From Candidatus Iainarchaeum sp. (GTDB taxonomy: Archaea > B1Sed10-29 > WALL01), in NCBI GenBank assembly GCA_021162685.1, contig JAGGYF010000026.1, forward strand, positions 1-64,000: DNA of 64,000 nucleotides, read 5' to 3'. The notes below the pieces were generated by a model. The model was given only the letters and a program-made list of their open reading frames with translations, did not search any database and was not told the origin of the DNA. Of the stretch, positions 53,075-62,729 are shown in pieces. The translations under genes were made by a program, and so were the position numbers. How positions within the stretch are numbered: the stretch's first letter is position 1; the number at the start of each line of letters is the position of its first letter.

Positions 53075-54340
53075 TTATTTTCTGAACAAATGTTCAATCT
53101 TGCCCTCTAAGTAAGAGGGATGCGCTTTAACAACTTTTATCCTATATTTATTGCCTAATTTGGCTTTTTTTACAATTATTTGCTTATAATTCGGTGCTCT
53201 TGCGATAAAATTGCCTTTTTTCCCTTTTTCTGTCACAAATACATTCCATTCTTTTCCTATATACCTCTTATTTTGCTCAAAGGATATCCTCCTGCAAACA
53301 TCAGAGCATATAACGCTCCTCTTCTTTATCACCTCAGTTGGAATCTTCTTCATCCTTGACGCCTCTGTATTTGGCCTGGGATAGAACTTAGATATATTTG
53401 TTATATCGGGCCTTGTTTCCTTGAGGAGTTCAATGGTTTGCATGAAGTCTTCCTCTGTCTCACCAGGAAACCCTATGATAACATCTGTTGAGATACTTAT
53501 GTCCTTGTATCTCTCTCTGAACATATGTACAATCTGTTTAAAAGTGTCTTTGTCATATTTTCTTCTCATTGCTTTGAGTATTTTGTTACTTCCAGATTGT
53601 ACGGGTAGATGAACGAATTTATACACCTTTTTATGGGAAAACGCCTTGAGGAGCTCTGGCATCAGTTCATACGCAGCATTAGGATTCATCATGCCTATCC
53701 TTATCTTAAAATCACCTGGAATAGAAACGATCTCATCAACAAGCTCTATGATATTGGTGCCTATGTCTTTTCCATAGACCCCGCAATCCTGCGATGTTAA
53801 CTGTATCTCTATTGCACCATGATTCAATGCGTTCTCACATGCCGACCGTATATCCTTTATGGAGTAACTTTTCAGTGTTCCTCTTGAAAACCTAACTCCA
53901 CAGTATGTACAACTGCCAAGACAACCAGTAGAAATAGGAATTGGTGCTGTCAGTCCTTTATGCACCATTGGGAAGAGCAATTTTTCTTCTGGTCTGTTTG
54001 AAAAGAATTCTCCTTCCGCACCTTTTAGAATATCTGGTATTCTTGAGAAGGAGTTTACATCCAGAAGTGTACAATCAGAAACCTTTCTTATCTCCTTTTT
54101 GTTTATCTTTGGTAGACATCCGCAAACAACAAGTCTTTTTCCAAGTCTATCTAATTGTTTTATTCTGTGTATCATCCTCCGCTCTGTTGGTAGTTTCACA
54201 GCACATGTATTCAGGAATATGATGTCTGCCTTCTCTGGTGTTGAGACAATCTTTACACCTTGCTTCCTAAGAATGCCCTCTATGATCATAGAATCTGCTT
54301 TGTTTAATGTACACCCGTATGTCTCTATATATGCCTTCAT
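53075..54340 (-). CDS. mtaB: tRNA t6A37 methylthiotransferase (archaeal MtaB/CDKAL1-type radical SAM)
   Basis: ETYGC, NTCAV, CLGSCTYC, HLPVQSGS and C-terminal TRAM domain. Confidence 0.9.
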   Translation of the reverse strand: MKAYIETYGCTLNKADSMIIEGILRKQGVKIVSTPEKADIIFLNTCAVKLPTERRMIHRIKQLDRLGKRLVVCGCLPKINKKEIRKVSDCTLLDVNSFSRIPDILKGAEGEFFSNRPEEKLLFPMVHKGLTAPIPISTGCLGSCTYCGVRFSRGTLKSYSIKDIRSACENALNHGAIEIQLTSQDCGVYGKDIGTNIIELVDEIVSIPGDFKIRIGMMNPNAAYELMPELLKAFSHKKVYKFVHLPVQSGSNKILKAMRRKYDKDTFKQIVHMFRERYKDISISTDVIIGFPGETEEDFMQTIELLKETRPDITNISKFYPRPNTEASRMKKIPTEVIKKRSVICSDVCRRISFEQNKRYIGKEWNVFVTEKGKKGNFIARAPNYKQIIVKKAKLGNKYRIKVVKAHPSYLEGKIEHLFRK

Positions 54341-54377
54341 AGGAATAGGTTATGAAAAAGAGGATATAAAAATAACA

Positions 54378-54779
54378 CTACAAACCAAGGAGGTTAATCT
54401 CCTTGTGCTCTATGTAATACATAATCCAATTCATAATATTGCCAACAACAAACGATAGCAAGAGCATGCCAAAAGGATAACAAGGTGGTTGAGTGCACCA
54501 TGTTGTTGATATGAATATCGCGGGAAGGAAGTGTCCAGTAAACATAAACAGGCTGAGCAAAATGCCAAAAAACCCCGCGAACAGGACGAGCAGTGGCAGC
54601 CATATTGTTCTGCTATACTTTGAAACCTTCTCAAAGAGCTCTGGGGCAACAATGCCCATAAGTAGGAATCCAAGTGAGATTAAAACCAATGGTAAAACAA
54701 ATAGGTTTGATATGTAGTGAACTCCTGCTACGATAATAGCACCTATGATGATACCAAGAACAGTATATGTTGATTTCAT
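54378..54779 (-). CDS. Membrane protein
   Basis: Four TM segments. Confidence 0.5.
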   Translation of the reverse strand: MKSTYTVLGIIIGAIIVAGVHYISNLFVLPLVLISLGFLLMGIVAPELFEKVSKYSRTIWLPLLVLFAGFFGILLSLFMFTGHFLPAIFISTTWCTQPPCYPFGMLLLSFVVGNIMNWIMYYIEHKEINLLGL

Positions 54780-54783
54780 AGCA

Positions 54784-55146
54784 TCACTTTTTCAGTTTAA
54801 CTGCTGTGCCATATGCAAATATGTCTATTGTGCCTGGGATAACCTGTGCTGTTCCCATTCTGACACCAACTATTGCATCTGCACCTATTGCCTTCGCATT
54901 CTTGACCATGCGGTGTATAACATATCTGCGCGCATCGTTTATCATCCTCGTATAAGGCCAGATTTCCCCACCAAGTAATGTTCTGAGAGCTGCAATAATA
55001 TCATGTCCCAAAAACTTTGCCTGGACTGTTGTCCCCCAAACAAATCCTATATACTCATCTATCTCATGACCAGGAACAAAGTCTGTGGTTAGAACAGGTA
55101 TGCCCTCAATCCTTTTCTTTTTCTTTTTTTCTTTTTTTGCAGCCAT
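54784..55146 (-). CDS. YbjQ/UPF0145 family protein
   Basis: GGEI..YT, GADAIVGVR and AYGTAV motifs. Confidence 0.9.
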   Translation of the reverse strand: MAAKKEKKKKKRIEGIPVLTTDFVPGHEIDEYIGFVWGTTVQAKFLGHDIIAALRTLLGGEIWPYTRMINDARRYVIHRMVKNAKAIGADAIVGVRMGTAQVIPGTIDIFAYGTAVKLKK

Positions 55147-55217
55147 ATTATCCCCACTCTTTTTACCCAATTATGTTTTATATATGTTTGCCTTTAATAG
55201 TTATTGGAGCTGGTTGT

Positions 55218-56183
55218 ATGGAGATGGATCTGCCGTGGGTTGAGAAATACAGACCAAAGAAATTAAAGGAGGTTGTTGGACAGGAGGAGATTGTAAAACG
55301 TCTTGAGACCTATGCAAAAGAGAAGAATATGCCATCGCTACTTTTTGCAGGTAGGGCAGGTGTTGGAAAAACTGCATGTGCCCTAGCATTAGCAAATGAA
55401 CTGTATGGGGATGCAGTGGAACAAAACTTCTTAGAACTTAATGCTAGTGATGAGAGAGGTATAGATGTGATAAGAGGCAAGATAAAGGATTTTGCTGGGA
55501 CACTGGCATTTGGTGGGGCTCCGTTTAAGATTATATTCTTAGATGAGAGTGACTCTCTTACAAGAGATGCACAAAATGCACTAAGAAGAACAATGGAAAA
55601 GTTCTCAAGAACATGTCGCTTTATTTTGTCATGTAACTATTCAAGTAAAATTATTGAACCCATCCAATCCAGATGTGCGCTGTTTAGATTCTCCCCATTA
55701 ACAGATGAACAGATAAAAAAGAGGTTGGAGTATATTGCAAAACATGAAGGACTGCACGTTGACAAAAAGGCGTACGACGCAATAATATACGTAGCAGAAG
55801 GAGATATGAGAAAGGCAATAAACACGCTCCAGGTTGCAAGCACACTCACAAAGAAGATTACAGAAGACGTTGTGTACAAGGTTGCTGCGAGAGCAAAACC
55901 AGAGGAGATAAAAAAGATGATAGAGCTTGCGATGGAAGGAAAGTTCTTGGATGCCAGAAAACAATTGGACATATTGGTGTATGATTACTCGCTATCTGCT
56001 GAGGATATACTACTTCAGGTATATAGAGAGGTAGTTAATTCAGATAAAATACCAGATGAGAAAAAGGTTGAACTTATTGATAGGATAGGGGAGACACATT
56101 TCAGGGTCACAGAGGGGAGTAATGAACGGATACAGTTAGAGGCGTTTTTGGCGCAGTTAGTTTTAACGAGCAAGAAGAAATGA
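55218..56183 (+). CDS. rfcS: Replication factor C small subunit
   Basis: PWVEKYRP, GVGKT, ELNASDERG and IQSRC motifs; no intein. Confidence 0.96.
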   Translation: MEMDLPWVEKYRPKKLKEVVGQEEIVKRLETYAKEKNMPSLLFAGRAGVGKTACALALANELYGDAVEQNFLELNASDERGIDVIRGKIKDFAGTLAFGGAPFKIIFLDESDSLTRDAQNALRRTMEKFSRTCRFILSCNYSSKIIEPIQSRCALFRFSPLTDEQIKKRLEYIAKHEGLHVDKKAYDAIIYVAEGDMRKAINTLQVASTLTKKITEDVVYKVAARAKPEEIKKMIELAMEGKFLDARKQLDILVYDYSLSAEDILLQVYREVVNSDKIPDEKKVELIDRIGETHFRVTEGSNERIQLEAFLAQLVLTSKKK

Positions 56184-56770
56184 GGACTATGGGATGGGAA
56201 GAAGTAAAACAAAAGTTAATGAGAGGTCTGGAAGAAGCTAAGGCCAAACAACTAGTTGATAAAGATGTTATAAGGTATTTGGACATGATAAACAGTGTTC
56301 CTGAATGTATGACATCAAGCTCATGCTATGGAAGAATTCTATTAATAGATGTCCCAACTGAAAGAAAGAAAGATTCAAAGTTTATAGAGAGATGGCACAA
56401 ACAAGTGTCATTTGAGACTGTTTGGGATGTAATAGAAAAATGTAGTGGAGAGAGGATATGGTTTAAGATGGAGCCATTGATTATCCATATATCATGTAAG
56501 GACTTAGAAACAGCAAAGAGGATATTAAAGGTAAAAAATGAGGCTGGGATAAAAAGAGGAGGTATATTTTCAATCAGTGATGAGAGAGTACAAATAGAAC
56601 TGGAGGGCACACAAAGGATTGCATTGCCTGTGAAAATAAAAGATGATGTGATTGTTACAAAGGAGTATATGGGGATTGTTGTAGATGACGCAAACGAAAA
56701 GATGCGGAGAAACGATGAGAGATGGAAAAGGTTTGGGATAGCATTCAAGAAAGAATTTAATCTATCCTAA
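56180..56770 (+). CDS. taw3: tRNA wyosine-pathway methyltransferase Taw3/TYW3
   Basis: VD, TSSSCYGRI, WH, PLIIH and AGIK motifs. Confidence 0.85.
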   Translation: MRTMGWEEVKQKLMRGLEEAKAKQLVDKDVIRYLDMINSVPECMTSSSCYGRILLIDVPTERKKDSKFIERWHKQVSFETVWDVIEKCSGERIWFKMEPLIIHISCKDLETAKRILKVKNEAGIKRGGIFSISDERVQIELEGTQRIALPVKIKDDVIVTKEYMGIVVDDANEKMRRNDERWKRFGIAFKKEFNLS

Positions 56771-57791
56771 ATCTGAGTAATGCAGCAATCCCTCCCAAAT
56801 GTTTCAACTTTTCTCCTGCCTCATGTTCTGAGCTTATGATATGAACCTCAACATTTGTTTGCTCTGCTTGTTGAAGAAGATTTTCCATTGCTTCTCTCTC
56901 CTCAGAGAACAGTGTATCCGATATCAATAGTATTTGGACAGCGCCATATTGTAGAGCCTCTTCAACTTCCTTTCTTCCATATGCCACAAGTCCAGAATCT
57001 TTTGCTATTTCTGTTAATACCCTTTCTATGAGGTTTGTCTCCTGAACTACCCTTGCCTTTTCCATTATCTTCTTTATTACGTCCCTTTTAAGGAGCTCTT
57101 GCATACCTGCTCTTGATACGCCTCCTATATCCTCTGTAATGAGCCTTTTCCTAAGCTCTGGGTATTTTTCAGCACAAAATGTTGCAAAATCGTCTTTTGT
57201 AAAACCCGGACCAGCAACAATAACCTTTGGTGTATCAAACTGTTCTAATGCTTTTGCTATATTATGGAAATACTCTTGCATCACATCCCTCTGCTTAAAT
57301 GCTTTCCCGGATCTCCCAGAGCGGATTGTCCCTTTTTGTTCAAGTCCAAATTCTCTCAATAAAGCTATTTCAGCAGATTCATCATCCATGACAACCAAAA
57401 GAACTTTTGGTCTTTTTGATGCCTCAACTGCCTCCTTTATTCTTTGCAACTGATATCGTTTCCACTGCACTTTCTCTATTGTGATTGTTTTCTGAGGCAT
57501 AACCTCTATTGTGTGATGTGTACCAATTTGAACATAGTCCTCAGGATAACCGCGCACAATAGTCCCTAGCAATCTGAGCTTGTTTGAATGTTTATGTAAC
57601 TCTATGGCTTCAACCTTTATTGTAACCGTTATTGGTTTTCTCTCCGTTCTTCCTCCCTCTGATGTGAATCTCCTCTCAGATTTAGCAGTAACCAAGTCAT
57701 CCTTTTCTATTACCTTCTCAAGATGCCACAGATCATCAAGTGTTTCTGCCACCACTACAATCTTTGGTAAGGCCCTTTTCAATACACGCAT
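56757..57791 (-). CDS. pelA: mRNA surveillance protein Pelota
   Basis: DDLWHL, HHT, AGPGFTK, VAYG and LGGIAALLRF motifs. Confidence 0.95.
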   Translation of the reverse strand: MRVLKRALPKIVVVAETLDDLWHLEKVIEKDDLVTAKSERRFTSEGGRTERKPITVTIKVEAIELHKHSNKLRLLGTIVRGYPEDYVQIGTHHTIEVMPQKTITIEKVQWKRYQLQRIKEAVEASKRPKVLLVVMDDESAEIALLREFGLEQKGTIRSGRSGKAFKQRDVMQEYFHNIAKALEQFDTPKVIVAGPGFTKDDFATFCAEKYPELRKRLITEDIGGVSRAGMQELLKRDVIKKIMEKARVVQETNLIERVLTEIAKDSGLVAYGRKEVEEALQYGAVQILLISDTLFSEEREAMENLLQQAEQTNVEVHIISSEHEAGEKLKHLGGIAALLRFRID

Positions 57792-57841
57792 GAATAGTTT
57801 TTGGTAAAGCCTTTTAAAAAGTGTTCGTTAAAATTTAAGAC

Positions 57842-59581
57842 ATGCGAATTGCTGTAATAGACAAAAAGAAGTGTCAGCCGAAGAAATGCGGTTATATCTG
57901 CGAGAAGGTATGTCCAGGAGTAAGGATGGGAGATGAAACGATTACTCACGAGGATACAAACATCCCTGTGATATCAGAAGAACTGTGTACTGGTTGCGGC
58001 ATATGCGTAAAGAAATGCCCTTATAATGCCATTTCTATTGTCAATCTCCCAGAGGAGCTTGAGAGGCCAGTGCATCAGTACGGAGTCAACGGATTCAGGT
58101 TGTTTGGTCTACCAGTACCAAAAGAGGGTGTTGTAGGGATTATAGGGCCAAATGGTATTGGAAAAACTACTGCATTAAGAATACTATCAGGACAATTGGT
58201 TCCGAACTTGGGCAAAGAACATGCAGATTGGGATGAGATTATTGAATACCATAGGGGGAAGGAGATCCAAAAGCATCTGGAAAAGATTAGTAAAGGTGAG
58301 ATAGTAGTAAGCATAAAGCCACAGAACGTTGATTTAATACCAAAACACTTTGATGGAACAGTTGAGGAGCTTTTGAAGAAAACAAATGATATAGGAAACA
58401 TAGAACTTCTTGTTGAAAAACTTGAATTGGGTGGCATCCTAAAAAGAAGATTGGATGAGATAAGTGGAGGGGAACTACAAAGAGTTGCAATTGCTGTTGC
58501 GCTTGGAAAAGATGCACAACTTTATTTCTTTGATGAACCCACTTCATATTTAGATGTAAAACAAAGATTGGTCACTGCAAAGATTATAAGAGAAATCGTT
58601 GAAAGAGGTTCTGTTCTGGTTGTTGAGCACGACCTTGCTGTCTTGGATTACCTCTCGGATAACATACATGTTGTCTATGGAAAAGAAGGAGTGTATGGTA
58701 TTGTATCTGGATTAAAAGGTGTGCGCGTTGGCATAAATGAATTTTTGGATGGATATCTAAAAGCAGAGAATATGAGATTTAGGGACCATAGTATAAAATT
58801 TGAGGTAAAACCACCAGCTGACGAGTGGAAAGGAGAGTCACTTATAACATTCCCACATTTCAGGAAAACATATGAATCATTTGTGCTTGATGTTTCAGAA
58901 GGGGAGATAAGAAAGGGGGAAGTTATAGGGATTCTTGGACCAAATGCTATTGGAAAATCCACATTTATGAAGGTGTTGGCAGGTGTTGAAAAACCAGATG
59001 ATGTCTCGCTTAGTATGAAGATAAAAATAGCGTATAAACCGCAGTATCTTACATCAAACTTTGAGGGAAGTGTTGAGGAATTTATTGATAGTGTAGACAT
59101 AAACAGGGAGATTTTTGATACCTACCTAAAAAATGATTTGGTTGCATTATATCCAAAGCAAGTACAAGAACTTAGTGGTGGTGAACTACAAAGAGTTGCA
59201 ATAGCAATAACCATGGCAAAAGAGTGTGATCTTTGTTTGTTGGATGAGCCGAGTGCGTTCCTTGATGTTGAACAGCGACTTAGATTCGCTGATCTTATAA
59301 GAAAGATTACAGAGAAAACAGAGCGCAGTACAATAGTCATAGACCATGATATTACTTTGCAAGATTACATATCTGATAGGTTAATGGTATTTGATGGTAT
59401 TCCAGGCAAGAGAGGACTTGCACATGCTCCAGAATCAATGGAATCTGGCATGAATAAGTTCCTTAAAATCATGGATATAACGTATAGGAGGGATCCAGAA
59501 ACAGGGAGGCCAAGAGCAAATAAGCCAGGGTCGCAGAAGGACATGGAACAAAAAAAGAGCGGAAAGTATTACTATGTTTAG
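57842..59581 (+). CDS. abce1: Ribosome recycling ATPase ABCE1/Rli1
   Basis: N-terminal Fe-S Cys cluster, two ABC domains (SGGELQR) and GRPRANK. Confidence 0.97.
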   Translation: MRIAVIDKKKCQPKKCGYICEKVCPGVRMGDETITHEDTNIPVISEELCTGCGICVKKCPYNAISIVNLPEELERPVHQYGVNGFRLFGLPVPKEGVVGIIGPNGIGKTTALRILSGQLVPNLGKEHADWDEIIEYHRGKEIQKHLEKISKGEIVVSIKPQNVDLIPKHFDGTVEELLKKTNDIGNIELLVEKLELGGILKRRLDEISGGELQRVAIAVALGKDAQLYFFDEPTSYLDVKQRLVTAKIIREIVERGSVLVVEHDLAVLDYLSDNIHVVYGKEGVYGIVSGLKGVRVGINEFLDGYLKAENMRFRDHSIKFEVKPPADEWKGESLITFPHFRKTYESFVLDVSEGEIRKGEVIGILGPNAIGKSTFMKVLAGVEKPDDVSLSMKIKIAYKPQYLTSNFEGSVEEFIDSVDINREIFDTYLKNDLVALYPKQVQELSGGELQRVAIAITMAKECDLCLLDEPSAFLDVEQRLRFADLIRKITEKTERSTIVIDHDITLQDYISDRLMVFDGIPGKRGLAHAPESMESGMNKFLKIMDITYRRDPETGRPRANKPGSQKDMEQKKSGKYYYV

Positions 59582-60028
59582 AGGCTCGCAATGTCCTTTA
59601 CTACCCTACCATCCTCTATAATTCCATAATCACAAAACGTGTTACTGAATATTCTCTCAACAATTCTATCCAATTGGTTAAGGCACTTGGCAAAGTATAA
59701 GTTGATGACACAACCATGAGACACAATAAGTATCTTTTTGTTCTTGTATGTTGAATTAATTTCATCTATCTTTATCCCTATCAAGCTTATTGAGTTCTTT
59801 ATATTGTATGATGTTTTTTCCTATTCTTCTGGCAATAGGCTCTGCTGTCTGATACGCCTTTCTCTCTGCTGATGATATAATGACATCAACATCATCAAAG
59901 ATGCCGGAATTTGCCACCGTCTCTGCATGCCTTTTTCCGTAATCAGAAAGTGGCCACTCACTAATTGGCTTGTTCTTGTCTATCTCCACCTCAGCATGCC
60001 TCAGGAATATAAGCGTGTTCATAAACAT
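59578..60028 (-). pseudogene. Histidine phosphatase family gene, split by frameshift/deletion
   Basis: The RHA-containing N-part stops at 59762; the C-part with ILIVSHG continues in another frame. Confidence 0.75.
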
Positions 60029-60074
60029 GGTTTGGGCAAAATGCATTTATATACCTACGTTTATAACCATAATC

Positions 60075-60317
60075 ATGTTAGCCAAAGATGTTATTGGGAA
60101 AGAAATTATTGACAGAGATGGCAATAAAATAGGGGTTGTTGACGATATCGTATTCACAGGAAAGGGCAAGGTAACGCATATTATTGCATTGCCTGTTGGT
60201 ATAATACGTGCATTGAAGCCAAATATCCATATACAGTTTGAGGACATAGAATCTATAGAGGACGTTGTGTTCCTCAAAAAAACTGAGGAAGAATTAAAAA
60301 CCAAGAAAAAGAAATGA
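60075..60317 (+). CDS. PRC-barrel domain protein
   Basis: IGKEIIDRDGNKIGVVDDIVF..I.FEDIESIEDVV. Confidence 0.85.
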   Translation: MLAKDVIGKEIIDRDGNKIGVVDDIVFTGKGKVTHIIALPVGIIRALKPNIHIQFEDIESIEDVVFLKKTEEELKTKKKK

Positions 60318-60321
60318 TTGT

Positions 60322-61560
60322 ATGGCTGGGATATGCGGTTCTGTTTCTGGGCATATAGATAGTATACTGGATAAGATTAAGCATAGAGGAACAAAAATAG
60401 ATGTAGAAAACATTGGGGATGCTTGGTTTGGTTGCTCTCACCTCACTGGAAGAAAGCAAATAATCAAACATAAGGAAAAGATCCTAGTGTATGATGGAGC
60501 ATTTTATGGTATTGATGAAACAGATGTAATGGATAAACTGGCAGAAGACCCAAAATCTGTGGGAGAGATTGATGGTGATTTCGCACTTGCCTTTTATGAT
60601 GGAGAGCATTTGATTCTATCAACAGACATTGTCGGAACAAAACCATTGTGGGTAAATAATGATTCATTTGCATCAGAAAGAAAAGCGCTAAAGGGTGCTG
60701 TTCCAGTCAAACCGGGAACTATTTTACAGGACTTCAAACCATCATGGAGGTTCGGATTTGAGAAAGGGAATCCTAATAAAAAGGACCATACATTACTCAA
60801 AGACCTAATCATCAGAGCAGTTGATAAACGCACGAAAGACATAAAGAAAGCCGCACTTCTATTCTCTGGTGGAGTTGACTCAACATTACTGGCGTTGCTT
60901 CTCAGTGATAGGATTAAACTCACATGTTATACTGCTGGGTTCTCTGGAGCACCAGATATCACCTGGGCTGAAAAGGTTGCTGAGGAAATGGGACTCAAAT
61001 TGAATATTGTTGAGATGGAGGCTACTGAGGGGCTTGTAAAAAACGTTGTGGATACCATTGATACAACCAATGTTATGAAGGTTGGTGTAGCAATGCCAGT
61101 TTATGTCTGTTGCAGAGGGTGCGAAGAGAATGTTATGTTTTCTGGGGTTGGAAGTGAGGAAATATTTGCAGGATATGAGCGCCATATAAAGGCATTAGAG
61201 GAGGGATGGGCAGGAATGCAGAAGGAGATGTGGAAAGGCATAGAAACGATGTGGGAAAGAGACCTGCAGAGGGATGACCTAGCAGCATCTGCTTTCTCCA
61301 TTGAACTAAGAGCACCATTTGTTGATAGGTATGTTATAGAAGAAGCAATGAAGATACACCCTTCCCTGAAGTACAATGGGAAGATGAAAAAGGTTGTATT
61401 GAGGAAGATCGCAAAGGAATTAGGAGTTCCGGAGGAGGTATGCAAGAGACCAAAAAAGGCTGCACAATATGGCTCTTATTCGCATAAAATAATTGTTAAG
61501 TTGGCAAAAAGGCATGGCATGAAGGCTCATGACTACCTCAGATCACTTGCCTCACAATAG
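60322..61560 (+). CDS. Asparagine synthetase B-like PP-loop protein
   Basis: HRG, DGDFA, FSGGVDS, SGVGSEE, RDD, ELRAPF and RPKKAAQYGS motifs. Confidence 0.8.
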   Translation: MAGICGSVSGHIDSILDKIKHRGTKIDVENIGDAWFGCSHLTGRKQIIKHKEKILVYDGAFYGIDETDVMDKLAEDPKSVGEIDGDFALAFYDGEHLILSTDIVGTKPLWVNNDSFASERKALKGAVPVKPGTILQDFKPSWRFGFEKGNPNKKDHTLLKDLIIRAVDKRTKDIKKAALLFSGGVDSTLLALLLSDRIKLTCYTAGFSGAPDITWAEKVAEEMGLKLNIVEMEATEGLVKNVVDTIDTTNVMKVGVAMPVYVCCRGCEENVMFSGVGSEEIFAGYERHIKALEEGWAGMQKEMWKGIETMWERDLQRDDLAASAFSIELRAPFVDRYVIEEAMKIHPSLKYNGKMKKVVLRKIAKELGVPEEVCKRPKKAAQYGSYSHKIIVKLAKRHGMKAHDYLRSLASQ

Positions 61561-62125
61561 TATCATAACCAGTTGCTCCATTTTGGTCCTCTGCTGTTAC
61601 ATTGAATATCCATACACCTGGCCCAGGGTTCTCAGATACGTTGAATATTAGGTAATGGTTTGTTGTTGTATCAATCAATGTCCATCCTGTTGATGTGTTA
61701 TGATATAAGCTATAAACTATGTCTGAATCTCCATCAACATCACATGCCTTCCACTTAAACACTGGATTCCCGCTTATTTTGTAATGCTCTGGCTCGATAA
61801 ATAATGGGTGAGGAGGATAATTCTTTGTGTATGTAGCAGATATGTGTATTAACTCATTATCATTATATGTGATAGTTGTTTTATTTCCAGACCTTGAATA
61901 ATATGTGGAAACAACTAATGCGTAGGGATTTGTTTGTGCTATTTTACCTGTTTTTTTACAATAATAATTATCCGCGTCACCATACCATCGTGCTCCTTCA
62001 ACTATCATACCAGTTATTGCTGAATTATGCATATCATTTTCAAACAACAGAAAAGAGAATAATGCTATGACTACTGAAAAAGCCAACAAGAGCATAATCG
62101 CTGAATTGACGAATCCTCTTTTCAT
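61538..62125 (-). CDS. Class III signal-peptide protein with C-terminal Ig/Fn3-like domain
   Basis: MKRG/FVNS; NYPP..F.W..D.DGD..Y.L..W..NVTAED pattern. Confidence 0.6.
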   Translation of the reverse strand: MKRGFVNSAIMLLLAFSVVIALFSFLLFENDMHNSAITGMIVEGARWYGDADNYYCKKTGKIAQTNPYALVVSTYYSRSGNKTTITYNDNELIHISATYTKNYPPHPLFIEPEHYKISGNPVFKWKACDVDGDSDIVYSLYHNTSTGWTLIDTTTNHYLIFNVSENPGPGVWIFNVTAEDQNGATGYDTIVRQVI

Positions 62126-62406
62126 TTTAGTTTGCACACCTCTTTTGTTGTTGCTCCATCATAATCGTAATAATTTAGTATAACTGCGCTCTTTTTTCCA
62201 ATACATGCATCCCCAACACCATACTCCTCTGTTGAAGCATTGGATGTGTTCTCTTCACCCATATCATGTGCTATCTTTATCTCTTGTATTAGGTCATAAT
62301 TTGGCTGTTCTACAAATGTTATAAAGGAAAGAAAGACAACTACCACAATAAATACTGCAGTCAATGCGTATGCCGCATCAATGGTGAATATCACTCCCTT
62401 TTTCAT
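62122..62406 (-). CDS. Class III signal-peptide (pilin-like) protein
   Basis: MKKG/VIFTIDA followed by a hydrophobic helix. Confidence 0.7.
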   Translation of the reverse strand: MKKGVIFTIDAAYALTAVFIVVVVFLSFITFVEQPNYDLIQEIKIAHDMGEENTSNASTEEYGVGDACIGKKSAVILNYYDYDGATTKEVCKLK

Positions 62407-62729
62407 ATGGCATCACACACATAAACGATTATGGGCTTTTCTTTTGTGCCCCTCACGCTGTATACACATGACTTTCTGTCTGATGGTGCGTTTCCTTTGC
62501 CTATCTCATACCCAATATTTGACGCTGAATCATTTAATCCGCTAAATGACTGTGTGTAATACATGAGAGATGCTGCATCCATAGCAATTTGGTGCATCTT
62601 TGCAGTTTTTACTGATGAAGAGGTAATATCCATGTGCATATTCATAATCGTAATAATCAAACCAATGCATGCTAAAACGATGACAAATGAGAGGAGCATA
62701 TCTGTTGAAAATATCTGGCCTTTTCTCAA
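62403..62729 (-). CDS. Class III signal-peptide (pilin-like) protein
   Basis: MRKG/QIFSTDMLLS; GGAGGTG SD. Confidence 0.7.
   Translation of the reverse strand: MRKGQIFSTDMLLSFVIVLACIGLIITIMNMHMDITSSSVKTAKMHQIAMDAASLMYYTQSFSGLNDSASNIGYEIGKGNAPSDRKSCVYSVRGTKEKPIIVYVCDAI

Noticed and set aside
52954-53085. Box C (TGATGA) and box D (CTGA) motifs
   Set aside because: They are about 130 nt apart with no clear C'/D' boxes, and the D box lies inside mtaB.
58472-59202. 20-nt repeat GAACTACAAAGAGTTGCAAT in ABCE1
   Set aside because: Encodes the ELQRVA signature in both ABC domains; not a CRISPR or mobile-element repeat.
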